This document shows positions 1 through 9,623 of a DNA stretch of 64,000 nucleotides, piece by piece; position 1 is the stretch's first letter, and each line of letters begins with the position of its first letter. The notes beneath the pieces were generated by a model. That model had not been told where the DNA came from. It made no database searches and saw nothing but the letters and a program-made list of their open reading frames with translations. The position numbers were made by a program, and so were the translations under genes. The stretch is from Salinivirgaceae bacterium (GTDB lineage: Bacteria; Bacteroidota; Bacteroidia; Bacteroidales; SZUA-534). The stretch lies in assembly GCA_024405635.1 (NCBI GenBank), contig JAKSOL010000013.1, positions 1 to 64,000 on the forward strand, written 5' to 3'.

Positions 1-53
1 AACAATCCCTATTTTCTTTACTTTGAGCACTTTTTTTTATATCGAACTCACGT
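1..53. mobile_element. Probable terminus of an IS982-family insertion sequence (remainder lies left of the window)
   Basis: TCGAACTCACGT at 42-53 (reverse complement ACGTGAGTTCGA) resembles, from memory, Bacteroidales IS982-family inverted repeats. It abuts a truncated T9SS C-terminal domain. No transposase is visible. Confidence 0.5.
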
Positions 54-178
54 TACTAGGCAAATTAGTTTTAAAGCAAAATGTTGGTCAAAACGAAACA
101 ATAAACATAAGCCACTTGGCACAAGGCACCTACATTGTATTGGTTGATGGCATAGCAACCAAACTAACCAAAGAATAA
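53..178 (+). pseudogene. 3' remnant of a T9SS type A sorting-domain protein gene
   Basis: Manual translation LLGKLVLKQNVGQNETINISHLAQGTYIVLVDGIATKLTKE* fits the CTD pattern (G-x-LV...L-x-x-G-x-Y-I...K-L-x-K). The upstream in-frame sequence is not CTD-like. Confidence 0.65.
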
Positions 179-291
179 GATTTTCAACTCTACATTTTAA
201 ACAAGACGGCCTTAAGAACATAGTTTTTAGGCTGTCTTGTTTTGCAATATTCATACTACAACGTAACAAATAATTGTAACAAAATCGCAAC

Positions 292-324
292 AAAAAAGGC
301 TGCCGGAGAAACCAGCAGCCTTTT
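292..324. terminator. Bidirectional intrinsic terminator
   Basis: AAAAGGCTGC...GCAGCCTTTT hairpin between convergent genes. Confidence 0.75.
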
Positions 325-360
325 GTTATTATATAAGTTCTACTTATATCAAAGTATGAA

Positions 361-1845
361 TTACATAACTTTTGACAAACGTGTTTTCCACAAATCGTAA
401 GCAGCCTCGTAAGCCGATTTGTTGTTAACGTCAGGTTCAACAGTTAAAATATGCTCAAGAGTGCTAAATGCCTCGGCACTATCTTTGTAAATACCAGCAC
501 CAATTCCTGCACCTTTTGCTGCACCTACCGAGCCATCGGTATCGTACAAATCGATGGTAGCACCAGTAATGCTTGCCAAAGTTGAGCGGAACATTGGATT
601 TAAGAACATATTAGCATAACCAGCATGAATGTTTGTAATCTTCATACCCATTGCCTCCATAATCTCAATTCCTTGTTTGAACGAGAACACAATACCCTCT
701 TGTGCGGCACGCAACAAATGCTCTTTGCGGTGAATGTTGAAGTTGATACCTTGAACTGAGCAACCAATTTCACGGTTTTGAAGAATACGTTCAGCACCGT
801 TACCGAAAGGAATAATGCTCAAGCCATTTGAACCAATTGGAACAGAATCGGCCAAAGCATTCATATCAGAATAAGAGCAGCCCTCAGGAGCTACATTGCG
901 TTTCATCCACGCGTTAAGAATACCTGTACCATTGATGCAAAGCAATACACCAAGACGAGTTTGCTCATCGGTGTGGTTAACGTGAGCAAATGTGTTAACA
1001 CGACTCAATTTGTCGTAATTAACCTCACCAAGCACACCATAAACAACACCAGAAGTACCTGCGGTTGCAGCAATCTCACCAGGATTCAACACATTCAAAC
1101 TCAATGCATTGTTTGGTTGGTCACCACCACGATAAGTAACAGGAGTACCTTCTTTCAAGCCAAGTTCAGCAGCTGCTTTAGCTGTCATTGTACCTTGATT
1201 GCTGAAAGTTGGAACAATGGTTGGAATTAACGACTCGTCGAAACCATAGTAATCAAGCAAGAATTTTGCAACCTTATTTTCTTTAAAGTTCCACATCATG
1301 CCCTCTGATAGACCCGATGCAGTAGTTGTTATCTCACCAGTCATCTTCATAGCGATATAGTCGCCAGGAAGCATGATTTTGTAGATTTTTTCATACAAAG
1401 CAGGCTCGTTTTCTTTAACCCAAGCCAATTTAGACGCTGTAAAGTTACCAGGTGAGTTCAACAAGTTGCTCAAGCACTTTTCAGAACCAAGTTCGTTAAA
1501 TGCTTTTTCTCCGTAAGGAACAGCACGCGAATCGCACCATATAATTGAAGGACGAAGAACATTTTTGTCTTTGTCGATACAAACAAGACCATGCATTTGG
1601 TACGAAATACCAACAGCCTTAACCTCAGCAGGAACAACGCCCGACTCTTTCATTACTTGATTTACCGAAAGTTTAAGGTTTTCCCACCACATTTCTGGCT
1701 CTTGCTCTGCCCAACCTGGCTGAACTGCGGTAATTTTAGCCTCTGTTTTAGGGAAGAATGTGCTAGCAACACACTTTCCAGTTTCAATATCAACAAGGCT
1801 AGCTTTAACTGACGAACTACCAACGTCAACTCCTAATGTGTACAT
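361..1845 (-). CDS. xylB: Xylulokinase (FGGY carbohydrate kinase)
   Basis: LGVDVGSSSVK, GISYQMHGLV, IIWCDSRA and GGDQPNNALSL motifs; ATG at 1845 preferred over TTG at 1851. Confidence 0.85.
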   Translation of the reverse strand: MYTLGVDVGSSSVKASLVDIETGKCVASTFFPKTEAKITAVQPGWAEQEPEMWWENLKLSVNQVMKESGVVPAEVKAVGISYQMHGLVCIDKDKNVLRPSIIWCDSRAVPYGEKAFNELGSEKCLSNLLNSPGNFTASKLAWVKENEPALYEKIYKIMLPGDYIAMKMTGEITTTASGLSEGMMWNFKENKVAKFLLDYYGFDESLIPTIVPTFSNQGTMTAKAAAELGLKEGTPVTYRGGDQPNNALSLNVLNPGEIAATAGTSGVVYGVLGEVNYDKLSRVNTFAHVNHTDEQTRLGVLLCINGTGILNAWMKRNVAPEGCSYSDMNALADSVPIGSNGLSIIPFGNGAERILQNREIGCSVQGINFNIHRKEHLLRAAQEGIVFSFKQGIEIMEAMGMKITNIHAGYANMFLNPMFRSTLASITGATIDLYDTDGSVGAAKGAGIGAGIYKDSAEAFSTLEHILTVEPDVNNKSAYEAAYDLWKTRLSKVM

Positions 1846-2227
1846 ATTCAAAATATTTTATTTATACATTTTTGCTTGTAAAAATAAAAGCAACTGTACA
1901 TTGATTGCTTTATTTTTTAGACAAAAAATAGTATTAATGCGCCAAACTAAAAACCTAAAAACTACCACCAAAAATATTAAACGAATTTGATTTACAACAA
2001 ATTACACGCATCAACTAGCAACAAGCACGGCATGTAAAAAAAGTTAAATTTTACTATTATACCATTTTTACATTGCTTTTATAACATAATAGACACCATA
2101 AATTTACATTTCACAAACTGACAGAAGATGGCAAGAATCTAAGGCCTCGCAAATGCATATTTTTTAAGCAAAACACGTAATTGGAACTTTTGTAACATAT
2201 ATATATTGCGCAAGGTGAAAAAGTAGA

Positions 2228-2235
2228 TAAATTTG
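2228..2235 (+). promoter_or_regulatory. Bacteroidota sigma-A -7 element for leader-lysC-lysA
   Basis: TAAATTTG fits TAnnTTTG; TTG at 2206-2208 lies 19 nt upstream. Confidence 0.7.
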
Positions 2236-2253
2236 CGCCGCAATTTTTTAAAA

Positions 2254-2325
2254 ATGAAAGGGTTGAAAAACATAGTTAAGATAAAACAGGTCAAACGCAT
2301 AAAACCTGTGTATAAACGTATGTAA
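2254..2325 (+). CDS. Putative Lys-rich attenuator leader peptide (MKGLKNIVKIKQVKRIKPVYKRM, 23 aa)
   Basis: Manual translation; 7 of 23 codons are Lys; lies between the promoter and a terminator upstream of lysC. Confidence 0.65.
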   Translation: MKGLKNIVKIKQVKRIKPVYKRM

Positions 2326-2326
2326 A

Positions 2327-2397
2327 AAGCCCTGATATAAGTATGAAATTCAGATAATTAATATGTAAGTCGGGGTTTGTATAATTCCGACTTTTTT
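2327..2397 (+). promoter_or_regulatory. Attenuator: antiterminator (2327-2336 with 2369-2378) competing with terminator (2367-2377 with 2383-2393 plus U-tract)
   Basis: Pairing checked by hand with G-U allowed; both helices use GTCGGGGTT. Confidence 0.7.
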
Positions 2398-2432
2398 GTG
2401 TATATAAGTTAAACAAAAAAATAAAACGCAAG

Positions 2433-3752
2433 ATGCAAGTACTAAAGTTTGGAGGAACCTCAGTTGGTTCACCAGAAAGAATTAAAGAGGTGGCCCGTTT
2501 AATTGACGACGGAAAACCAAAAATCGTAGTGCTATCGGCAATGTCGGGCACAACAAATGCTTTGGTTGAAATTTCTAACTATTTGTACAAAAAGAACTTT
2601 GATGCAGCAAGTGAAAAGATTAGCGCATTGGAGCAAAAATATTTTACAGTAGTTGACGAATTACTCTCAACCGAAAAATACAAAGCTCTTGGCAACGACC
2701 TTATCAAAGGACATTTTGGATATATCCGCTCGTTTGTTCGCGACATGTTCACCATGTACGAGGAAAAGGAAATTTTGGCACAAGGTGAGCAAATTTCAAC
2801 AGCATTGATGAACTACTACCTACAAGAAAGCGGTCGCCACTCCGATTTGATTTCGGCTTTGAACTTTATGCGCATCGACAAAAATGGAGAGCCAGACGAC
2901 TATTACATTCGCGAGAACATTAACCGCGAGTTGCGTCAATTAGGCGATTACTATCTTGTTATTACACAAGGATTTATATGTCGCAATACAATGGGTAAAG
3001 TTGACAATCTACAACGTGGAGGTTCCGACTACTCTGCTTCAATTATTGGTGCTGCAGTTGATGCTGAAGAAATTCAAATTTGGACTGACATTGACGGCAT
3101 GCACACCAACGACCCTCGTGTAGTTGACCATACTCACGCTATTGCCGAACTTTCGTTTGACGAAGCTGCTGAGTTGGCATACTTTGGCGCAAAAATTTTG
3201 CACCCAACTTGCGTGGTTCCTGCAAAATTGGCAAACATTCCTGTTCGTATTAAAAACACACTTGAACCATCGGCTGCAGGAACAATCATTAAAAAAGATG
3301 TTCCAAAAGTGCCAATTCGTGCAATTGCCGCAAAAGACGGCATCACTGCAATCAAAATTAAGAGCGACCGTATGTTGATGGCTCACGGTTTCTTGCGCAA
3401 AGTATTTGAGATTTTTGAAACCTACGAAACTTCTATCGATATGGTTACCACATCGGAGGTTGGTGTTTCGGTTACCATTGACAACACAAAAAATCTTGAA
3501 CCAATTCTTTCAGAATTGCGCAAATATGGTACTGTTGAGGCCGAAGGCGATTACGTAATTGTTTGTGTAGTTGGCGATCTTTCGGCTCAAGTAAACGGCA
3601 TTGCTGCTGTTGTATTAACTGCAATGAAAAACATTCCAATCCGCATGATTTCATACGGTGGTAGCAACTACAACATCTCAATGTTGGTTAAATCAGAATA
3701 CAAGAAACAAGCTTTGCAAGATTTGAGCAAAAACATTTTCAAAGAATTCTAA
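2433..3752 (+). CDS. lysC: Aspartate kinase
   Basis: VLKFGGTSVG, RGGSDYSA, WTDIDG, FGAKILHP; C-terminal ACT domains. Confidence 0.95.
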   Translation: MQVLKFGGTSVGSPERIKEVARLIDDGKPKIVVLSAMSGTTNALVEISNYLYKKNFDAASEKISALEQKYFTVVDELLSTEKYKALGNDLIKGHFGYIRSFVRDMFTMYEEKEILAQGEQISTALMNYYLQESGRHSDLISALNFMRIDKNGEPDDYYIRENINRELRQLGDYYLVITQGFICRNTMGKVDNLQRGGSDYSASIIGAAVDAEEIQIWTDIDGMHTNDPRVVDHTHAIAELSFDEAAELAYFGAKILHPTCVVPAKLANIPVRIKNTLEPSAAGTIIKKDVPKVPIRAIAAKDGITAIKIKSDRMLMAHGFLRKVFEIFETYETSIDMVTTSEVGVSVTIDNTKNLEPILSELRKYGTVEAEGDYVIVCVVGDLSAQVNGIAAVVLTAMKNIPIRMISYGGSNYNISMLVKSEYKKQALQDLSKNIFKEF

Positions 3753-3766
3753 AATCTTGAACTACA

Positions 3767-4909
3767 ATGAGTTTCGATTTAAATAAATTTCAAGAAATCA
3801 AAACACCATTTTATTGGTACGATGTTGATTTGCTAGAACAAACTTTGAAATGCGTAAAAGAAAATGCCGATAAATACGGATACAACGTTCACTATGCAGT
3901 AAAAGCCAACGGCAATTTGGGCATTTTACGCAAAATGAAAGAGTTTGATTTTGGTACTGATTGCGTTAGTGGCAACGAAATTAAACAAAGTATTGCAGCG
4001 GGCATCGATCCAAAAAAGATTGCGTTTGCAGGTGTTGGTAAAAGCGACGAGGAAATAACCATCGGTTTGGAAAATGGCATTTTTTGCTTCAACTGCGAAT
4101 CGATTCCTGAACTTGAAAACATTAACTCAATTGCAGGCAAATTGGGTAAAAAAGCCGACGTTGCTTTGCGCTTGAATCCAAATGTGCACGTTTCAACGCA
4201 CCACTATATTACTACTGGTATTGAAGAAAACAAATTCGGTATTAACGAGTGGGATTTTGAAGAGGTGATTGCTGCTTTACAAAACATGGAGAATGTAAAT
4301 CTAATAGGATTGCACTTTCATGTTGGTTCGCAAATTCTTGATATGCAGGATTTTAGAAATCTTTGTGTACGCGTAAACGAATTGCAAGAATGGTTTTATG
4401 CTCACAACATAATTGTTGACCACATTAATGTTGGTGGAGGTTTGGGCATTAGTTATACACAACCAAACGAAGAACCAATTCCTGCATTTGCCGAATACTT
4501 CAAGGTTTTTGCTGAAACTTTGAAACTTCGTCCAAAGCAACAACTTCACTTTGAGTTGGGACGTTCGTTGGTTGCTCAATGCGGCAGTTTGATTACCAAA
4601 GTGCTATACGTAAAACGCGGCGTTAACACCAAGTTTGCCATTGTTGATGCAGGTATGACTGAATTGATTCGCCCTGCATTGTACCAAGCTGTTCATAAAA
4701 TTGAAAACATATCGAGCAACTTGCCTAGCGAGAGATACGATGTTGTTGGCCCAATTTGTGAATCGTCAGACTGCTTTGCAAAAGGTATTGACATGGCCGG
4801 AACAAAACGTGGCGACTTGTTGGCAATTCGCTCAGCTGGCGCTTATGGCGAGGCTATGGCTTCAACCTATAACTTAAGAACATTGGTAAAGGGTTATTTT
4901 TCAAAATAA
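3767..4909 (+). CDS. lysA: Diaminopimelate decarboxylase
   Basis: YAVKAN (PLP Lys), HFHVGSQ, INVGGG, GPICESSD, GAYG. Confidence 0.95.
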   Translation: MSFDLNKFQEIKTPFYWYDVDLLEQTLKCVKENADKYGYNVHYAVKANGNLGILRKMKEFDFGTDCVSGNEIKQSIAAGIDPKKIAFAGVGKSDEEITIGLENGIFCFNCESIPELENINSIAGKLGKKADVALRLNPNVHVSTHHYITTGIEENKFGINEWDFEEVIAALQNMENVNLIGLHFHVGSQILDMQDFRNLCVRVNELQEWFYAHNIIVDHINVGGGLGISYTQPNEEPIPAFAEYFKVFAETLKLRPKQQLHFELGRSLVAQCGSLITKVLYVKRGVNTKFAIVDAGMTELIRPALYQAVHKIENISSNLPSERYDVVGPICESSDCFAKGIDMAGTKRGDLLAIRSAGAYGEAMASTYNLRTLVKGYFSK

Positions 4910-4929
4910 CAAGCAACCGATATACAAAC

Positions 4930-4964
4930 AAAAAGCCGCAATTTTATTGATTGCGGCTTTTTTT
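4930..4964. terminator. Bidirectional intrinsic terminator
   Basis: AAAAGCCGCAAT...ATTGCGGCTTTTTTT. Confidence 0.85.
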
Positions 4965-4982
4965 ATGCATTAAACGTTGTGT

Positions 4983-6374
4983 TTACATCAATCGCTTTAC
5001 CAAAGCAAAAAATTTATATGGCATGTAGCGGAATGGCAAATCGAACCAAGTAGGAGTAGACACAACACCTCTGCAATGAGTAAACGCATCAAAACTCAAC
5101 TTACCATGATAATGTCCCATTCCTGAATTACCAACGCCACCAAACGGCAAGTTTGCATTAACTATGTGCATAATGGTGTCGTTGATGCAACCTCCTCCCG
5201 ACGATGTGCGTTTTATCATATTCCAACCATCGCGCTCGTTGCCAAAATAGTAGAATGCAAGAGGTTTTTCGCGGTCGAGAACAAAATCAACAACTTGGTC
5301 GGCAAATGACTTTTGACCATCGGAGAAAGTAATTACTGGGAAAATTGGGCCAAAAATTTCCTCGGTCATTATTGGCGACGAAAGGTCTTCAACTTCAATC
5401 AAAGTGGGCTCAATGTAACGTTGTGATGCATCGGTTTGGCCACCACAAATAATCTTTCCGTTTGATAAATAGCCACTTACACGTTCAAAAGCCTTGTCGG
5501 TTACCATTCGCACAAAGTGCTTGCTTTCGGCAACATTTTGGCCATGTAAAAGTTCAAGACTACGTTTAAATTCAGCCACAAATTGTTCATTTACATCGGC
5601 ATGAATCAAAATATAATCGGGAGCAATGCAAGTTTGACCCGAATTAAGAGTTTTTCCCCATGCAATGCGGCGAGCTGCAAGTTTTATGTTTGCAGTACGG
5701 TCAATTACACAAGGACTTTTACCGCCAAGTTCGAGCACAAGTGGCGTAAGATGCTCGGCGGCAGCGGCCATAACAGTTTTGGCCAAAGCTGGGCTTCCGG
5801 TAAAGAATATCAAGTCAAATTTTTGACGAAACAGGTATGCGTTTACTTCTCTATTTCCTTGAACAACAGCCACATAATTAGAATCGAAGGTATCAGCAAT
5901 CATCTGCTCAATTACAGCCGAAACATTTGGAACGTATGGCGATGGCTTGAGCACAGCAGTGCATCCTGCTGCAATGGCTCCAACAAGTGGATTGAGTAAA
6001 AGTTGTATTGGGTAGTTCCATGGCGACACAATAAGAGCACTTCCAAGAGGCTCTTTAACAATGTAACTGCTTGAACCAAATATGGCAATTGGAGAATGTT
6101 TACGCTCGCGTTTTGCCCACGAGCGCACATGTTTACGAGCCTCGCGTATTTCAGCATTAACCAAACAAATTTCAGTAAGATAAGCCTCCTCATACGATTT
6201 ATGCAAATCGGTCCAAATAGCTTCGGCCAGCTTACTCTCCCATTTTTTCATGGCAGCAGCAAACTTTTTAAGCATTGAAATTCGATATTGCACACTAAAA
6301 GTTGCGCCAGTTCTAAAATACTGACGTTGAGCTTTTAGCATCGCATCAATTTGTATTGACGAAGTATTTTCCAT
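4983..6374 (-). CDS. Aldehyde dehydrogenase (ALDH3/fatty-aldehyde-like)
   Basis: SPWNYP, FTGS, LELGGKSP, GQTCIAPDY, EEIFGP, PFGGVGNSGMG. Confidence 0.9.
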   Translation of the reverse strand: MENTSSIQIDAMLKAQRQYFRTGATFSVQYRISMLKKFAAAMKKWESKLAEAIWTDLHKSYEEAYLTEICLVNAEIREARKHVRSWAKRERKHSPIAIFGSSSYIVKEPLGSALIVSPWNYPIQLLLNPLVGAIAAGCTAVLKPSPYVPNVSAVIEQMIADTFDSNYVAVVQGNREVNAYLFRQKFDLIFFTGSPALAKTVMAAAAEHLTPLVLELGGKSPCVIDRTANIKLAARRIAWGKTLNSGQTCIAPDYILIHADVNEQFVAEFKRSLELLHGQNVAESKHFVRMVTDKAFERVSGYLSNGKIICGGQTDASQRYIEPTLIEVEDLSSPIMTEEIFGPIFPVITFSDGQKSFADQVVDFVLDREKPLAFYYFGNERDGWNMIKRTSSGGGCINDTIMHIVNANLPFGGVGNSGMGHYHGKLSFDAFTHCRGVVSTPTWFDLPFRYMPYKFFALVKRLM

Positions 6375-6377
6375 AGT

Positions 6378-7184
6378 TTATTTACGTCCTGTAAAGTGAT
6401 CCATTGTGTGATAAACGCCCACCACTTCGCCAAAAATAAAATCGAAGACACAAGTAGGCAACAGACCTTGCCAAAAGCGAATGAAATGGAAACCGAATGG
6501 AATGCCTGCAAAATTTTTATTGCGCTCAATGGCTCGCAAAATTTTCTTTGAAGTTTTTTCAGGATCAAGAATTGGGAACAACCACGACGAAACGCCATCA
6601 AACATACCAGTATTAATGTAATAAGGTGCAACTGTTGTGATGCGAACTTTGCTTTTAGCAACAGCCAACTCGATGCGAACCGAATCGCTCCAACCAATTG
6701 CAGCCCATTTACTAGCTGCATAAATGCTCATTTTAGGGTTTGAAAGCATTCCGGCAGCCGAAGCTATGGTACAAATATGACCGCAGTTTCGAGCAATCAT
6801 ATCGGGCAACATTGCATGAGCAACATACATTGGAGCAATTGCATTGATGGTCATTGTGCGATCAATGTCTGAAATGGTGTTTTGGTCAAACGTTTTGTTG
6901 CTTGTAACAACACCTGCACATTGGATTAAGATATCAATATTGCCACATTCGGACACTGTTTTGTTGTAAGCATCAACCACATTATCGTTTTTCGACACGT
7001 CAACTTTGTAACCTGTTGCTTTTCCTATTTTTTCGTGTTCAGCTACTACTGCAGCAATATTTTGCTCGTTAATATCCCAAATAACTACTTGTTTGGCTCC
7101 TTTTTCTAAAGCCATTCGACCCATAATTTTTCCAATACCAGAAGCTCCTCCAGTAATTAGGACTGTTTTTTCTGCAATTTTCAT
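6378..7184 (-). CDS. Short-chain dehydrogenase/reductase (retinol dehydrogenase/17beta-HSD11-like)
   Basis: TGGASGIG, YAASK catalytic motif, PYYINTGMF. Confidence 0.85.
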   Translation of the reverse strand: MKIAEKTVLITGGASGIGKIMGRMALEKGAKQVVIWDINEQNIAAVVAEHEKIGKATGYKVDVSKNDNVVDAYNKTVSECGNIDILIQCAGVVTSNKTFDQNTISDIDRTMTINAIAPMYVAHAMLPDMIARNCGHICTIASAAGMLSNPKMSIYAASKWAAIGWSDSVRIELAVAKSKVRITTVAPYYINTGMFDGVSSWLFPILDPEKTSKKILRAIERNKNFAGIPFGFHFIRFWQGLLPTCVFDFIFGEVVGVYHTMDHFTGRK

Positions 7185-7418
7185 AGATTAAATTTTATAT
7201 TTATTTGAATAACAAACCTTTAGAATAAAATCACTTTTTTGGTTTTAGCATCAGCAAAAACATATCATTACTAAAATGCAATCATTTTATAAACAAAAAC
7301 AATCGTAAATTGTTATACATTATTTAAACACAAAAAGTTACACAATAATTATGCCTTTTAGTTTCTTTCTAAAAAGGAAGATATTTGTTAGTTTCACAAA
7401 CTTTTCAATACAACTGAT

Positions 7419-9602
7419 ATGAAGAAAATATTGCTGCTATGTGCGGCCGTTGCAATAATTACAAATATGTCGGCACAAGAAAAAGAAGAAATAACAATAG
7501 ACAAGATATTCAAGAGTGGCCAACTTCGAGCTAAATCGATTCGCAGCATTAGGTCAATGGACGATGGTAATCATTACACAACGCTTGAAGATGGCAAAAG
7601 CATTGTTAAGTATAGTTACAAAACAGGTAAACAAGTGGCAGTGCTGGCTTCTGTAAACAATTTTGGCGATGCTCAAATTTCAACAATCGACGATTACGAA
7701 ATAAATAGCAAAGCGGGTAAAATTCTTTTCTACACCAACCGCCAAGACGTTTACCGCCGCTCGTTTTATGCAAAGTACTATGTGTGGGACATTGCAAATC
7801 AAAAACTTGAGGCAATTGAAAACGGCGACATGCTGCAAATGGCCATTTTGTCGCCCGATGGAACAAAAGTTGCATTTATTCGCGACAACAATTTATACGT
7901 CAGCAATTTCGACAAAACCACTCAAGTTACAACCGATGGCACATTCAATAAAATAATAAACGGCATACCCGACTGGGTTTATGAAGAAGAGTTTGAATAT
8001 AACAAAGCACTATGTTGGTCAGTAGATAGCCGATATGTTGCTTGGTGCCGTTTTGACGAAACTCTTGTGCCTCAATACTCGCTGCAACTATTTGCAGGAC
8101 AGGCTCCTAAGCTTGAAAAAAACAAACTTTATCCATCAAATTATTCATACAAATACCCCAAAGCTGGCGAGGACAATTCAATTGTTTCGGTTTGGACCTA
8201 CAACGCCAACAACCAAAAAGTTACCAAAATGGACATTGGCACCGAAACCGACCAATACATTCCTCGCATTAAATGGTCGCCAGCAGGCAAACTAGTTATT
8301 TACCGACTTAACCGACTGCAAAACCACCTTGAAATGCTTTATGCCAATGCCGACAACGGCAAAACTGAAGTGTTCTATTCTGAAAAAAACGACCGTTACA
8401 TTGACGAAATTTTGTTTGATAACCTAACATTCAATGCCGATGGCTCAAAATTCTTATTCACAAACGAACAAAATGGTTGGGTTCACATTTATTTGTACAA
8501 TGCTGACGGAACGCTAATAAACCAAGTAACCAATGGAAACTTTGATGTAACCGAATTTTACGGCTACGACGAGGGGACACAAACTATTTACTACCAAAGC
8601 GCTGAGCCAAAACCAAGTCAACGCACAGTTTACTCAATAAAAACCGATGGTAGTGCAAAAAAACAACTATCGACACAAGTAGGAACCAACGAAGCTTACT
8701 TTAGTTCAAACTGCAAATTCTACATAAACAATTATTCAAGCACCTCAACACCAAACATTTACACACTCAACGACAATAAAGGCAAAACACTTCGCACTCT
8801 TGAAGACAATGCCAATTTGAAAAATGAACTTGCTCAAACAACATTCAGCGCAAAAGAACTTATTGATGTAAAACTATCAGACAGTTTAACTCTATGTGGT
8901 TGGATAATAAAGCCACACAACTTCGACTCAACTAAGAAATATCCAGTATTGATGATTCAATATAGCGGACCAAACTCGCAACAAGTACTTGACCGCTATA
9001 GCGCAGGTTGGGAACAAGCATTAAGTGCAAAAGGCTACATTGTTTTGTGTTGCGATGGCCGAGGAACAGGCGCACGAGGCGAAGAATTCCGCAAATGCAC
9101 ATACCTTCAACTCGGCAAATACGAAGTTCAAGACCAAATATCGGTTGCCAAATGGGCAAAAACACTACCCTTCGTTGATGCCGAACGCATTGGCATTTGG
9201 GGTTGGAGTTTCGGTGGATTTATGGTGCTAAACTGTATGACACAAAGCACCAACGTATTCCGCGCTGGAATTGCAGTAGCACCCGTAACCAACTGGCGCT
9301 ACTACGACAACATTTACACCGAACGCTTTATGCGCAAACCACAAGATAATGCCGCTGGCTACGACAACAACTCACCAATTACCCACGCCGCAAACCTCAA
9401 CGGCAGCCTGCTACTTATGCACGGTTCGGCCGACGACAATGTTCATTGGCAAAACTCTGCCGAAATGTCTGAAGCCTTTGTTCAAGCTGGCAAACAATTC
9501 GACTACTTTGTGTTTACAAACCGCAACCACAGCATTTACGGGGGAAACACCTCACACTACATTTATACAAAAATGTTGAATTTCATTATGAACAAATTAT
9601 AA
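7419..9602 (+). CDS. S9B dipeptidyl peptidase IV with signal peptide
   Basis: DWVYEEE, YPKAG, GWSFGG nucleophile, HGSADDNVH, NHSI triad His. Confidence 0.92.
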   Translation: MKKILLLCAAVAIITNMSAQEKEEITIDKIFKSGQLRAKSIRSIRSMDDGNHYTTLEDGKSIVKYSYKTGKQVAVLASVNNFGDAQISTIDDYEINSKAGKILFYTNRQDVYRRSFYAKYYVWDIANQKLEAIENGDMLQMAILSPDGTKVAFIRDNNLYVSNFDKTTQVTTDGTFNKIINGIPDWVYEEEFEYNKALCWSVDSRYVAWCRFDETLVPQYSLQLFAGQAPKLEKNKLYPSNYSYKYPKAGEDNSIVSVWTYNANNQKVTKMDIGTETDQYIPRIKWSPAGKLVIYRLNRLQNHLEMLYANADNGKTEVFYSEKNDRYIDEILFDNLTFNADGSKFLFTNEQNGWVHIYLYNADGTLINQVTNGNFDVTEFYGYDEGTQTIYYQSAEPKPSQRTVYSIKTDGSAKKQLSTQVGTNEAYFSSNCKFYINNYSSTSTPNIYTLNDNKGKTLRTLEDNANLKNELAQTTFSAKELIDVKLSDSLTLCGWIIKPHNFDSTKKYPVLMIQYSGPNSQQVLDRYSAGWEQALSAKGYIVLCCDGRGTGARGEEFRKCTYLQLGKYEVQDQISVAKWAKTLPFVDAERIGIWGWSFGGFMVLNCMTQSTNVFRAGIAVAPVTNWRYYDNIYTERFMRKPQDNAAGYDNNSPITHAANLNGSLLLMHGSADDNVHWQNSAEMSEAFVQAGKQFDYFVFTNRNHSIYGGNTSHYIYTKMLNFIMNKL

Positions 9603-9623
9603 CAATCAATAAATCAAATTATT

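Noticed and set aside
48-440. 130-aa minus-strand ORF
   Set aside because: Overlaps xylB and a terminator and has no motifs; the opposite strand gives a clear T9SS CTD
2100-2432. Lysine riboswitch upstream of lysC
   Set aside because: No recognisable L-box core or GC-rich multi-helix structure; the uORF and terminator explain the region better
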